A DNA stretch of 49,646 nucleotides, from assembly GCF_006345805.1 (NCBI RefSeq), contig NW_021834373.1:1-49646 (forward strand), written 5' to 3'. The stretch comes from Octopus sinensis (taxonomy: Eukaryota). Every line of letters starts with the position of its first letter. The stretch's first letter is position 1. Shown here one piece after another: positions 25,508 to 38,024 of this stretch. The notes below the pieces were generated by a model. It ran no database searches. It had not been told where the DNA came from and worked only from the letters and a program-made list of their open reading frames with translations. A program made the translations under genes and the position numbers.

Positions 25508-25598
25508 GCGGCTCCATTTAATTGAACAATGCAACCATTACATCAATTTGAATGCAGGGCTATCCCCAACTGCATAAATAAATAGAATTTTTTAATCA
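25305..25598. repeat. Perfect 92-bp inverted repeat (25305-25396 / 25507-25598)
   Basis: Arms are identical base by base; the 110-bp spacer includes (TA)n. Confidence 0.95.
25328..25415 (+). ncRNA. Degenerate type I hammerhead-like motif with long helix II
   Basis: AUGCAG-UUGGGGA-UAGC...GCUU-GAAAC-GAUC-GUA-CUGCAU: 6-bp stem I, palindromic stem III, core two changes from CUGANGA. Confidence 0.45.
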
Positions 25599-25870
25599 GT
25601 TGGACACATTAATATAATTTTACTTAAATGCTCTAATAGAGCAAGAAGAGGGAAAAGTCCATGTTGCTACTTATAAAGCTCAAATTAAATGGAGTCACTT
25701 GAAACGGTCATACTGCATCACTCCTTGATATCATGTTGCTTATTTTGATTTTATTCACCTTACTCTGAGTAGTACGGACAATACTGCACTGTCTTGGTGC
25801 TTTATATATTCGGTAGCCACTACATACATTTTTCTCTCCTTTTTACTCCCCTTTTTTTCTCTCCTTGTTC

Positions 25871-25906
25871 CTTTCTGTGGAAGAGCGTAGGTTCGAAACG
25901 TTAAAG
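25871..25906 (+). ncRNA. Minimal hammerhead-like motif (CUGUNGA variant)
   Basis: CUUU-CUGUGGA-A-GAGC-GUAG-GUUC-GAAAC-GUU-AAAG. Confidence 0.45.
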
Positions 25907-26011
25907 ACTTTTTTCAATTCCCGAGCGTTATGCGTTATACTAATATATCTATTTGTTTTCTACACCATCTGTATTCGTCTTTTGTTGTTTTCGTGAATTC
26001 TCTCCCTATAT

Positions 26012-26093
<82 letters not shown>

Positions 26094-26121
26094 TAGTGGG
26101 TAGGTTTGTTTCTTCACTACT

Positions 26122-26519
26122 TCAGAGAGTGAGGACGCTGCCTGACACGAGTCCCGGGCTCAGCTGGCTCCGGCTGACAGTACCCGGTATGGCCCCTATC
26201 CAGGGTTACAGAAAGGGTATAACCTTCGAAGAAATCCGGAGTGGAGCCCCGTAGGCGGTTTAGTGTTCGACTCGACACTCTTCCGGCAGCTCCTGCAACC
26301 AAGCTGGTGCCAAACATAATGCGCTGCACTCTTTTGGACTACGTCAGCAAGGTCAAGAGAGGAATTCTGACGATTGGGCTATCCAGGATTTTCTTACATC
26401 TAACCTAGACCTGCTTAAATTTGGAGAGGACACTTCAGTGCTGCTGTATTTTATGCGCAACTCCATTGTCTCCCGAGACAAAAGGATGCCAACATCATCA
26501 TCAACAACAACAACAACAA
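26122..26519 (+). mobile_element. Non-autonomous RTE derivative: RTE-like 5'UTR joined to an RTE 3' end with a (CAA)n tail
   Basis: 26447-26494 matches the 3' end of the RTE at 6976-7028 (1 mismatch, 1 indel). Upstream AAATCCGGAGTGGAGCCCC and GCAGCTCCTGCAACCAAGCTGGTGCCAAAC resemble RTE/BovB 5'UTR motifs (from recall). No ORF. Confidence 0.75.
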
Positions 26520-26785
26520 TAACAAGAACAACAATATATATATATATATATTAAATGTGACATGCTTGTGTCGTAGTACGTTGAGAGGTAGTTGATACTT
26601 AGACACCCCCCGCACCCACACATACACACAGATGCACACACACATACATACACACGCACTCTCTCTCACACACATACACTCCTGTCATGAGACATTGCCT
26701 CATCGATACACATCCCTCTGTCAGAGAACGTTGACATTCGCATAGACATAACTCTGTCGTAGACCTGCACTATTGTCACATATTT

Positions 26786-26920
26786 TTTCTTATTTCAGTC
26801 ATTGGACTGTGGCCAAGCTGGGGCACCGCCCTGAAGGATTCATTCGAACAAATTTGCCGAACCGCTTAATAACGGGGGCCCACACCAACCCATACCGGTT
26901 GTCAAGCGGTATTGCGAGAT

Positions 26921-26953
<33 letters not shown>

Positions 26954-27171
26954 ACACACACACACACACACACCACACACACACACACACACACACGCAA
27001 CGGTCTTCTTTCAGTTTCCGTTCACCAAATTCACTCATAAGGCAAATTCACTCGTAAGGTTGGGTCGGCACTGTGGTAGAAGATACTTGCGCAAGCATCC
27101 ACGTAGTAGGACCGAACCCGAAATCATTTGGCTTCGAAGCAAACTTCTTACCACACAACCACGCCCACGCC
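26786..27171 (-). mobile_element. SINE family C, degenerate full length
   Basis: Head at 27171, 3' end TTTCAGTCATTGGACTGTGGCC, internal (CA)n. Confidence 0.8.
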
Positions 27172-27289
27172 TATACATACATGCATGCATACATAATACA
27201 TACATACATACATACATACATACATACATACATACATACATACATACATACATGCATACACACACACATACACACATATATACATAATA

Positions 27290-27898
27290 AAATATAAGCA
27301 CAACAGACCTGATATAATAATTTGGGATAAAGAAGAGAAACTGTGTACAGTTGTGGAAATTAGTTGTCCAGCGAATGTGAATATAAAACTGAAGATCAGT
27401 GAAAAAGAGAACACCTATGCTGAACTGTTGGGAAATCTGCACTTACACTATCCAAATTAGAAGTTCAGATTTATACCTGTGATTATTGGGGCCCTGGGAT
27501 ATGTAACATACTGCCAAAATACCAATCTTGAGAAATTAGTCTCTCAAAACCAGAAAGGAGAAAGCTAATTCAAAGGCTACAGATCCAGTCCATCACTGGA
27601 ACTGTAAAAATCTGCAAAACTTTCCAGAAGTTTATCATTTAAATATATACATATGAGAATGTCTAGATATGTAACTCTATGCATGAGAATACCTAATAAA
27701 ATATACAAATCTGCACAAACATGCATGCATACATACATACATACATACATACATACATACATACATACATACATACATACATACATACAAAAATACCCTG
27801 TTGTTGATGTTGAAATTCCAATGAAGGAACCTTGGATCTTGGTTAGAAACAGATTCTTTCTCTGTTGGCAAGAAATCTTGAAATAAACTGAATAATGA
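27290..27898 (+). mobile_element. 3' fragment of a restriction-like-endonuclease (R4/NeSL-type) LINE plus 3'UTR
   Basis: KHNRPDIIIWDKEEKLCTVVEISCPANVNIKLKISEKENTYAEL...FIPVIIGALG (PD-(D/E)xK RLE). One internal stop and a frameshift; stop at ~27642. Not in the ORF track. Confidence 0.85.
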
Positions 27899-27992
27899 CA
27901 TACATAATACACATACATACACACACACATACATACATGCATACATACACACATATTTATATATATATTTATATATATATACGCACACATAA

Positions 27993-28155
27993 GACGGGCT
28001 TCTTTCATTTTCCGTCCATCGAATTCACTCATAGAAATTTAGTCGGCCCGAGGCTATAACAGAGGACATTTACTCAATGCAACGTACAGTGGGATTGAGC
28101 TCGAAACAGTGTGGTTGGGAAGCAAAACTTCTTACCACATAGCCACGCTTGCGCC
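27993..28155 (-). mobile_element. SINE family C, degenerate 5' half
   Basis: Reverse-complement head CTTACCACATAGCCACGC and TTTCCGTC motif. Confidence 0.78.
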
Positions 28156-28342
28156 TATATATGTCTGTATATTTTCAAATCTAGCAGCATTATAACTAAA
28201 TATACAGCTTGTGTAAACAAGTGATAGTTTTAACGATCAACAACATTTAATGCATAAGGGAACGGACTGATAGTAGACTTCATTAAACATAAATATTGCG
28301 GCATAAAGATAATCTAATATTTCGGCTGTTGTCGATTTCTCA

Positions 28343-28376
28343 CTTCCGACGAAGTGTAAAAGTTCGAAACGTTAAA
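28343..28376 (+). ncRNA. Decayed minimal hammerhead-like motif
   Basis: CUU-CCGACGA-A-GUGU-AAAA-GUUC-GAAAC-GUU-AAA; same layout as 25871. Confidence 0.3.
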
Positions 28377-28736
28377 TTTTTTGTACATTTTACGTCGCGT
28401 CAATTATATTATATGAAATTCTTTGAGATTCTTACAGCAATGATACATCCCACCTCAACCTGGTTACTTCTGTTAGCTCATCTGTGAACGTGAGTGACTG
28501 GATGAGACATCTCATTTGGAAGTATTTGTAAGATAGACTGGAGAGAGAACGTATTAGATGAAATATTTAATAAGGGAAGGAAGGATAACGAAGTGGGGAC
28601 ATACTGGGATGGTGAGTGTTTGGGGTTTGATAATGTTGGAAGTGTGATGTAAGGGATAATATCAATGTGGTTCTCGCAACTAACATCCCTTTCACTTTAT
28701 ACCTTGTTTCAGTGACCCTTCGATCTGAAGGGAGTG

Positions 28737-29028
28737 TAGTAGTCTGTGGTCTGTAGCTAAAATAGCTACATAAATTGGTGACCCCGACGTGATTGGGTAA
28801 GAGTCTAGTTGACTAAGAAGCAAACAGCAGGGCAAGCAAGTTGTTTTTATTAATGGAACGCTAGACATCCTAGAAACTTCCAAGAGAAACGCGAAGCTTC
28901 TTGAATAATTAAGAATTACTTCTCATGAAGAAGAATCTTCCGAAAATCTTATCAAAGAGAGATTACTCAATAACATTTCTTGCAAAACAGATCATTCAAC
29001 TATTTTAGCTATAGACCACAGACTACTA
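28737..29028. repeat. 29-bp inverted repeat (28737-28765 / 29000-29028)
   Basis: TAGTAGTCTGTGGTCTGTAGCTAAAATAG vs CTATTTTAGCTATAGACCACAGACTACTA, 1 mismatch. Confidence 0.75.
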
Positions 29029-29914
29029 CAGGAGTAACGCATGCTTGAGGACAATCAAGCTAGGAATTGCTAGAAATAGGAGTCAAACTGTAACAAATAA
29101 CACTGTACCGTTTTGAGGAATATATGGGTTGTGTAATTCCTGAGATTAGAAAAAGACAGAATGATCACCATTGTGACACCTTTCATTTTATGTATGTTTG
29201 ATCAAAACTGCCCTGGGTTAAACAAGAAACAATACCACTGAAGAAAGTCTGACTCAAGAGTACAGTTTCAAAAGGCTAGCGATAGCATCAATGCGTTTTT
29301 AAGGAATACCTATTAAGGTCCTCTTACATTACGTCAACGTTCCCTAAAACTGTAGTAAGTTACACTTTGTGAAGCCCCACAAAAGAGTTGAAAGTGCAAT
29401 ACTGGTAGGTTGCATATGTAAGGCTGAATAACTATCCTGGTTTCACTCAGGTATGTAGATGAATGTGAGGTTTATTTTCCTGGTAATGTAATCAATAACT
29501 CTTCTAATTACATTAATAATTAAATACAACTGCTAAGTACATGTTAGTCATGGAGTATACTTGGCCTCATTAATTATGAATCAATCAATGAATTGGTAAA
29601 TTATAAATCTCCAGTCCATTATCACTACTAATCTACTGCCCTCACGCAAGTTCATCCAATTCACACGTCTCTTCTTTCCTTGTATTTTCTGTCATGTTTC
29701 ACGCTTCGGTTCAAAACATGAACCAATTCTTTCGACCGATCTTTACCCCACAAATGTCCTGCAAATCTGGAATTCTCTTTCGGTTCATGTTTTCTCTTTT
29801 GTGGCCCATCGCAAAGGATCGATGGGCCACGCTTTCGCGGTCCGTATTCGTACTGAAAATCGAGATCGAGCAAGCTTTTGCCAGCTAAGCATTCCGCCCG
29901 GCGTGCTTAATGTT

Positions 29915-30458
29915 TCTTTTCTACTCTAGGCATAAGGCCCCAAAATTTTAGGGGAGGGGGTCCAGTCGATTAGATCGACCCCAGTACACAACTGGTATTT
30001 AATTTATCAACCGGGAAAGAATGAAAGGCAGAGTCGACCTCGGCGGATTTTGAACTCAGAACGTTGCGGCAGACGAAATACCTATTTCTTTACTACCCAC
30101 AAGGGGCTAAACACAGAGAGGACAAACAAGGACAGACAGACGGATTAAGTCGATTATATCGACCCTAAAAGGATGAAAGGCAAAGTCGACCTCAGCGGAA
30201 TTTGAACTCAGACGAAATACCTATTTCTATTTCTTTACTACCCACAAGGGGCTAAGCTCAGAGAGGACAAACAAGGACAGACAAACGGATTAAGTCGATT
30301 ATATCGACCCCAGTGCGTAACTGGTACTTAATTTATCGACCCCGAAAGGATGAAAGGCAAAGTCGACCTTGGCGGAATTTGAACTCAGAACGTAACGGCA
30401 GACGAAATACGGTTACGCATTTCGCCCGGCGTGCTTAACATTTCTGCTAGCTCGCCGC
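29915..30458 (-). mobile_element. Head-to-tail trimer of SINE family A/B (one full head, two head-less units)
   Basis: Junctions at ~30221 and ~30081 read GAAATAG-GTATTTCGTC on the minus strand. The last unit carries tail B. Confidence 0.88.
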
Positions 30459-30753
30459 TCTCTTTACTAAACATAATATCGATGCTAATGACTTGTAGGT
30501 ACGTGGCATTTCGTCATGCCAGCATTATATATTATAAAGTATATTAAACGTTTTTATAAGCCAATACCGCGTTCTACTGCGTTAGCAATGTGCTTTTACA
30601 TCATTTGTTAAGGTTATCTCTGCAGATATTCGATAGAAATTATAGCCAGCACTGATTGCTGTTACTACGTTTCGTATATCGATGATGATGTGAACGTAAC
30701 TTTAGGGCATTGTAGCAGGAGAGTGAATGAGGGAGAGAACATGAGAGGGGGTA

Positions 30754-30796
<43 letters not shown>

Positions 30797-31144
30797 ATAA
30801 GAGGGAGACAAAGGGAATTAAAGAAGGGTGCCTATAGCTTTTGCTTAGAAGCAATGAGTGGGTGAGAGAGGCTTTGTTTACGAAAGATAATGTTTACTAC
30901 AGAGTGGCCTTGATAGCATGAATATAGATAAATAACAGTTTTCTCTCGATAATAATGCTGATGGCACCAAATTCCTCGCATTCACGCCATCAACAGACGG
31001 AAGCGAAATATGGCAAGACTTTTTTCTTTTTCTTTTTTCTTTTTCTGAAGTTCAGCATTTTATTGAATCGTTTCGTAGTTTTGTTTGAATTTCAACAAAA
31101 CTAACACCACCGACAACTTGGCATCATCTCCATCTATTCCTCGT

Positions 31145-31473
31145 CCTTCTCCTCCTCCTCCTCCTCCTCCTTCTTCTTCTTCTTCTTCTCTTCTTCTTCT
31201 TCTTCTTCTTCTTCTTCTTCTTCTTCTTCTTCTTCTTCTTCTTCTTCTTCTTCTCTTCTTCTACTCGCTGTCCTCCTCCTCTTTATCATGTGTGTCTTTC
31301 TCTCTGTGTGTGTGTGTGTGTGTGTATGTGTGTGTGTGTGTATGTGCGCACGCGCACGCGTGTCTCTGTGCCTTCGCGAGTTCTTTTAAATCGGGCTGAG
31401 AAATATTTCAACAGTGTCTGTTGCAACACATTTTACACGTGATGATATAGCGCTACTACTACTACTACTACTA

Positions 31474-31526
<53 letters not shown>

Positions 31527-31569
31527 TACTACTACTACTACACTACTACTACTACTACTACTACTACTA

Positions 31570-31607
<38 letters not shown>

Positions 31608-31625
31608 TTACCACCACCACCATCA
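31145..31625. repeat. (CCT)(CTT)n, (TG)n and (CTA)n microsatellites
   Basis: Directly visible. Confidence 0.93.
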
Positions 31626-32247
31626 CTAGTCCTCGCTGGCTTGCTATGTAGACGCACACACGCACACATATTTATACACAGACATATACATACGTACACA
31701 CATATACACATCCAGACTCGCGTACACACACACGCACGCACACACATGCATGCACACACCAACACACACACACACACACGCATGTATATGTATGTGTAAA
31801 TGGATGGAGATTTGCTGAAGCCGCATGATTGCGATTTATTTTTTAAGTGTAGCAAAGTTAGGTCAGCACTTCTCACAGAAGCTTCACAATTTACGGAACC
31901 AAATTCTTTGTTGAGATCAAAGGAAAAACCCATATATAGCAGCATGTTGTTACTGTATATTTTGCTGTAACAAACGAGCACAGATCATATCAACAGTACT
32001 TCTCGAATATAGAAAACCAGATTGAAATTTGAATATGTGACCAAAGGATGAGTTAGAAAGTTTCCAGCATTTGACAAAAGCAAGATTTCTCAATGGTTTC
32101 TCCAATCTGATTTGTCTCCCTTGTTGAAACTGGCAATAATGCTTCTATTTTTGGTACAATGCCAGAAATTTTAAGAGGAGGGGTAAGTTGATAACATCGA
32201 TACCAGGACTTGGCTGGCTAGTTCAACACTGTCGGTATTTATTTTTA

Positions 32248-32477
32248 GCGGCGAGCTGGCAGAAACGTTAGCACGCCGGGCGAAATGCCTAGCGGTATTT
32301 CGTCTGCCGCTACGTTCTGAGTTCAAATTCCGCCGAGGTCGACTTTGCCTTTCATCCTTTCGGGGTCGATTAAATAAGTACCAGTTACGCACTGGGGTCG
32401 ATATAATCGACTTAATCCGTTTGTCTGTCCTTGTTTGTCCTCTCTGTGTTTAGCCCCTTGTGGGTAGTAAAGAAATA
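32248..32477 (+). mobile_element. SINE family A, full length, 14-bp TSD GGTATTTATTTTTA
   Basis: Identical 14-mers at 32234-32247 and 32478-32491. Confidence 0.92.
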
Positions 32478-32510
32478 GGTATTTATTTTTAACGTCACAC
32501 AGACACACAG

Positions 32511-32542
<32 letters not shown>

Positions 32543-32545
32543 ACA

Positions 32546-32580
<35 letters not shown>

Positions 32581-32611
32581 ATACACACTCAAAGACACAC
32601 ATGATAAAGCT

Positions 32612-32850
32612 ATAACGTGATGATGTTTCAGTTGACCCGATCAACGGAACAGCCTATTCTTGAAATTAACGTGCAAGTGGCTGAGCACTCCACAGACAGA
32701 TGTACCCTTCACGTAGCTCTCTGGGAGATTCAGCGTGACACAGAATGTGACAAGATTGACCCTTTGAAATACAGGTACAACACATTTGTGCTAGCTAAGT
32801 TGACGGGAGGAGTGTGAAATTAAGTGTCTTGCTCAAGGACACTGCACACA
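32612..32850 (-). mobile_element. SINE sharing tail type 1 with 1398-1780 but with a different body (GTGTCCTTGAGCAAGACACTTAA)
   Basis: Reverse complement of 32612-32790 aligns with ~1590-1765; the upstream block is unrelated to head D. Confidence 0.72.
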
Positions 32851-32877
32851 GCCAGCTGAACGAATTAGTGTTGACAC

Positions 32878-32995
32878 TTAAAGGATGAAAGGCAAAGCCG
32901 ACCTCGGTGTTATCTGAATTTAGCACGTAAGGATTCGGGAGAAATGCCGATAAGCATTTTGTTCCACGCACTAACGACTCTGTAAGCTCGCCGCT
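32878..32995 (-). mobile_element. Old degenerate SINE family A/B head
   Basis: AAAGGATGAAAGGCAAAG.CGACCTCGG ... AGCTCGCCGC. Confidence 0.65.
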
Positions 32996-33204
32996 TGGAA
33001 ACTGGTAATAATGGTTGATGTCAGCTTATATCTTTTGTGGTGTCCAAATTAAGAGAATCAATGTTTGATAATTTGCTGTTAGAACTCAGACAGAACTGAC
33101 ATTAATAAGCAGTCAACAAGCAGGACTCTGGTCCAGTCAATCAGGTACACAAACCGATGATGGAGAATCTCGAGTAACATCTACGTATGCAGACACCAAT
33201 CAGA

Positions 33205-33420
33205 GAATGGAGATATTGATAAGGAGATCCTGTACAAGATAAAATGTGTCTGTGTAATATTTGGTCGTCTGAGAAGACGGATATATAAGGATCTAGACTG
33301 AAGACAATCAACGAAACTTAAGGTGTAAGAGGTACTTGTGCTATCCTTTCTTGAGCTTGAACTAATGGTGCATAAATCACTCGCGCTATCTTCGCTTCTC
33401 TTTGGCTGTGAAACCTGAAC
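33205..33420 (+). mobile_element. Decayed RTE-type RT C-terminal fragment
   Basis: DIDKEI..KI.....FGRLRRRI....STKLKV* ... LSSLLFGCET*T, the RTE FGRL / TKL.VY / LLYGCETWT pattern, with stops. Confidence 0.65.
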
Positions 33421-33450
33421 AAGATTTCGAGAGCTCCATAAACTGCGAAC

Positions 33451-33598
33451 AGGCGTGGCTGGTGAAGTTTGCTTCCCAACCAAAGGGTTCCAGGTCCAGT
33501 CCCATTACTTGCCAACTTGAATGAGTGTCTTCTACTATGGTCTCGGACCGAACAAAGCCTTGTGAGTGGATCTCATACACGGAAACTGAAAGAAACCC

Positions 33599-33600
<2 letters not shown>
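33451..33600 (+). mobile_element. SINE family C, degenerate 5' half
   Basis: AGGCGTGGCT head; AAAGCCTTGTGAGTGGAT..CGGAAACTGAAAGAA. Confidence 0.78.
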
Positions 33601-33648
<48 letters not shown>

Positions 33649-33907
33649 TATATATATTTGTGGATTAAGTGGGCTATCATTGCCTTTATACCGGGAATTC
33701 TCAGCTGTTAAAAAGCCTGCCGCATAGGATGTTGATATTTGTTTCCTTTTGGGATACGAATACCAACGTCCCATGTAGTAGGCCTGATAATTGCTAAGAA
33801 TTCTCGGCATGAAACCAATGACAGCCTTAATCCCCGAATAAAGAATATTTATCAACCAATGCGGTGTTAAAGTTGAAGCACTCATTGTTACTGTTCGATA
33901 TTAACGT

Positions 33908-34000
<93 letters not shown>
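33908..34000. repeat. Pure (CA)n microsatellite
   Basis: Directly visible. Confidence 0.97.
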
Positions 34001-34002
<2 letters not shown>

Positions 34003-34568
34003 GTCATCATGTAGCATAAAATATATCATAAATTTATTTTATACAGTGCAATCATTATCTGAATTGAAAAGAATACGTTTATGATGTTCTATTGAATACG
34101 TCTATCTTATGTAAAGTTAACAGTCTATTCCTGGTCTTGCCTCAGGCGCGACTGTTCCCAAACGCTCGGTTGTAAACAGCTCAAACACACACACACACCA
34201 CAACACACACACCACACACACACACGCGCGCATATATGTATGCGCATGTGTAAATATGTATGTAAGTGTGTGTGTGTTTATGTATATATAAATGTGTGTA
34301 TATGAATATATGTATATATGAATATATGTCTTTCGAAGACTGTGAAATGATTCCTTTTCTTTTTGAACATTGGATCTCGAAGCACATCTAAAAAATCTAT
34401 AACTAATAACATATAAACGTTGGGTCGAAAAGTTCTTTCGGATCAGGAGGTGTAGGTTCGTGTCTCACGAGCAGTTTTCGACTTTTTTCATCAACTGTTA
34501 TTATTTCTAGCATTATGTGATGAGCTGCTGCAACTGTTGTTGTTTCTGCTGCTGCTACAACAACAACA

Positions 34569-34634
<66 letters not shown>

Positions 34635-34652
34635 ACTACTACTACTACTAAT

Positions 34653-34843
34653 AATCTTTTCTACTTTAGGAACACAGCCTGAAATATGTGAAGAGGGGAC
34701 TAGTCGATTACATCGACCCAAGTATTCAACTGGTACTTAATTTATCGACCCTGAAAGGATGAATTTGAACTCAGGATGTAGCGATAGCGAAATACACTAA
34801 GCATTTCGCCCGGCGTGTTAATGATTCTGCCAGGTCGTTGCCT
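34653..34843 (-). mobile_element. SINE family A head with tail B, internally deleted
   Basis: Tail B matches 40014 and 44330-44380. Confidence 0.8.
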
Positions 34844-34860
34844 TAATAATAATAATAATG

Positions 34861-34891
<31 letters not shown>

Positions 34892-34907
34892 TAATAATAA
34901 TAATAAC

Positions 34908-34996
<89 letters not shown>

Positions 34997-35000
34997 CATT
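34844..35000. repeat. (AAT)n immediately followed by (ATT)n, a palindromic AT-rich tract
   Basis: Centre at 34925/34926. Confidence 0.93.
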
Positions 35001-35006
35001 GTTCAA

Positions 35007-35549
35007 CCAATAAAACATCTATTGCAATCACATCGCGCTTTTCGTATTGTCTATTTGTCTTTGTGAGAAGTTACGTCAGTCCTTTTAAAATATCAAAATG
35101 AAGTAGATTGAGATGATTGATTTTATATTTCACCGAATAAGAACTGGAATATTTAGAAATTCTGGAAGTTACCTAAACAGCCGAGTGGCTAAGGAAAATC
35201 ATAATATATATTACATCTTTTGCGTTTTATGCCTTCTTATATTTGGCTTGTTAGCCCTGTTAGTTTCGCTAACCCCAGAGTTGAGCCCAATCCTGTGCCA
35301 ATGGATTTTATACCATTCAAATACGAATCAGAAAATGAGAAATCGACATTTCTATCAGTTAAAAAACTTAAAATTACAGACTGATGATGTCATTCTATCA
35401 ACGTGGGAGCGCTGGTTACCTCGTTCAAATTTTGGATTTGAATTTCTGTATATCACTTTTCATTTTGAACTCGATAAAGACAGGGGAGCTGTTGAAATAT
35501 CGTTCCGCCAATAAAACATCTATTGCAATCGCATCGTGCTCTTCGTATT
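35007..35549 (+). repeat. 42-bp direct repeats (35007-35048 / 35508-35549) flanking ~460 bp
   Basis: CCAATAAAACATCTATTGCAATC.CATCG.GCT.TTCGTATT, 3 mismatches. Confidence 0.85.
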
Positions 35550-35552
35550 CTC

Positions 35553-37408
<1,856 letters not shown>

Positions 37409-37419
37409 TTCTTCTTCTT

Positions 37420-37490
<71 letters not shown>

Positions 37491-37519
37491 CATCATCATC
37501 ATCATCATTATTATTATTA

Positions 37520-37577
<58 letters not shown>

Positions 37578-37651
37578 CACGATCACCATTATTATCATTA
37601 CCATTATTATTATTATCATCATCATCATCATCATCATTATTATTATCAGTA

Positions 37652-37712
<61 letters not shown>
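37409..37712. repeat. (TTC)n(TTA)n(ATC)n compound tract
   Basis: Directly visible. Confidence 0.95.
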
Positions 37713-37895
37713 GGAATGACAACGGAAAAGGATGGTGTAGGCACATCCCAGAAAAGATCTCAGAAAATGAAAAAGCAACCATACTCTGGGATATGCCAAT
37801 AATCACAGATAGAGAAATCAAGGCTAATAGACCAGATATAGTTATCGGAGATCATGAAGGAAAGAAATGTCTTCTAATAGATGTATCACAATATC
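37713..37895 (+). mobile_element. Internal RLE fragment of another R4/Dong-like LINE
   Basis: W.RHIPEKISENEKATILWDMPIITDREIKANRPDIVI..HEGKKCLLIDVS. Confidence 0.82.
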
Positions 37896-38024
37896 GAAAG
37901 ATGAGTTACAGCACAAAGAAATTACAAAAACAAAATCATGTGGGTTTAGCATCAATCAAAGGAATGTATACCACATTAAAGGTTATAACAAAGGATATAT
38001 AATAGAAATTAGAGAAATACCAGA

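Noticed and set aside
29200-29460. Possible host exon ending at CAG/GTATGT (~29449)
   Set aside because: No convincing acceptor, reading frame or homology from sequence alone. RNA-seq would be needed.
33535-33885. 116-aa minus-strand ORF
   Set aside because: Runs into (TA)n and a SINE; the non-repetitive part has no recognisable family signature.
35113-35514. 133-aa ORF
   Set aside because: No recognisable motif; lies inside the direct-repeat-bounded unit.
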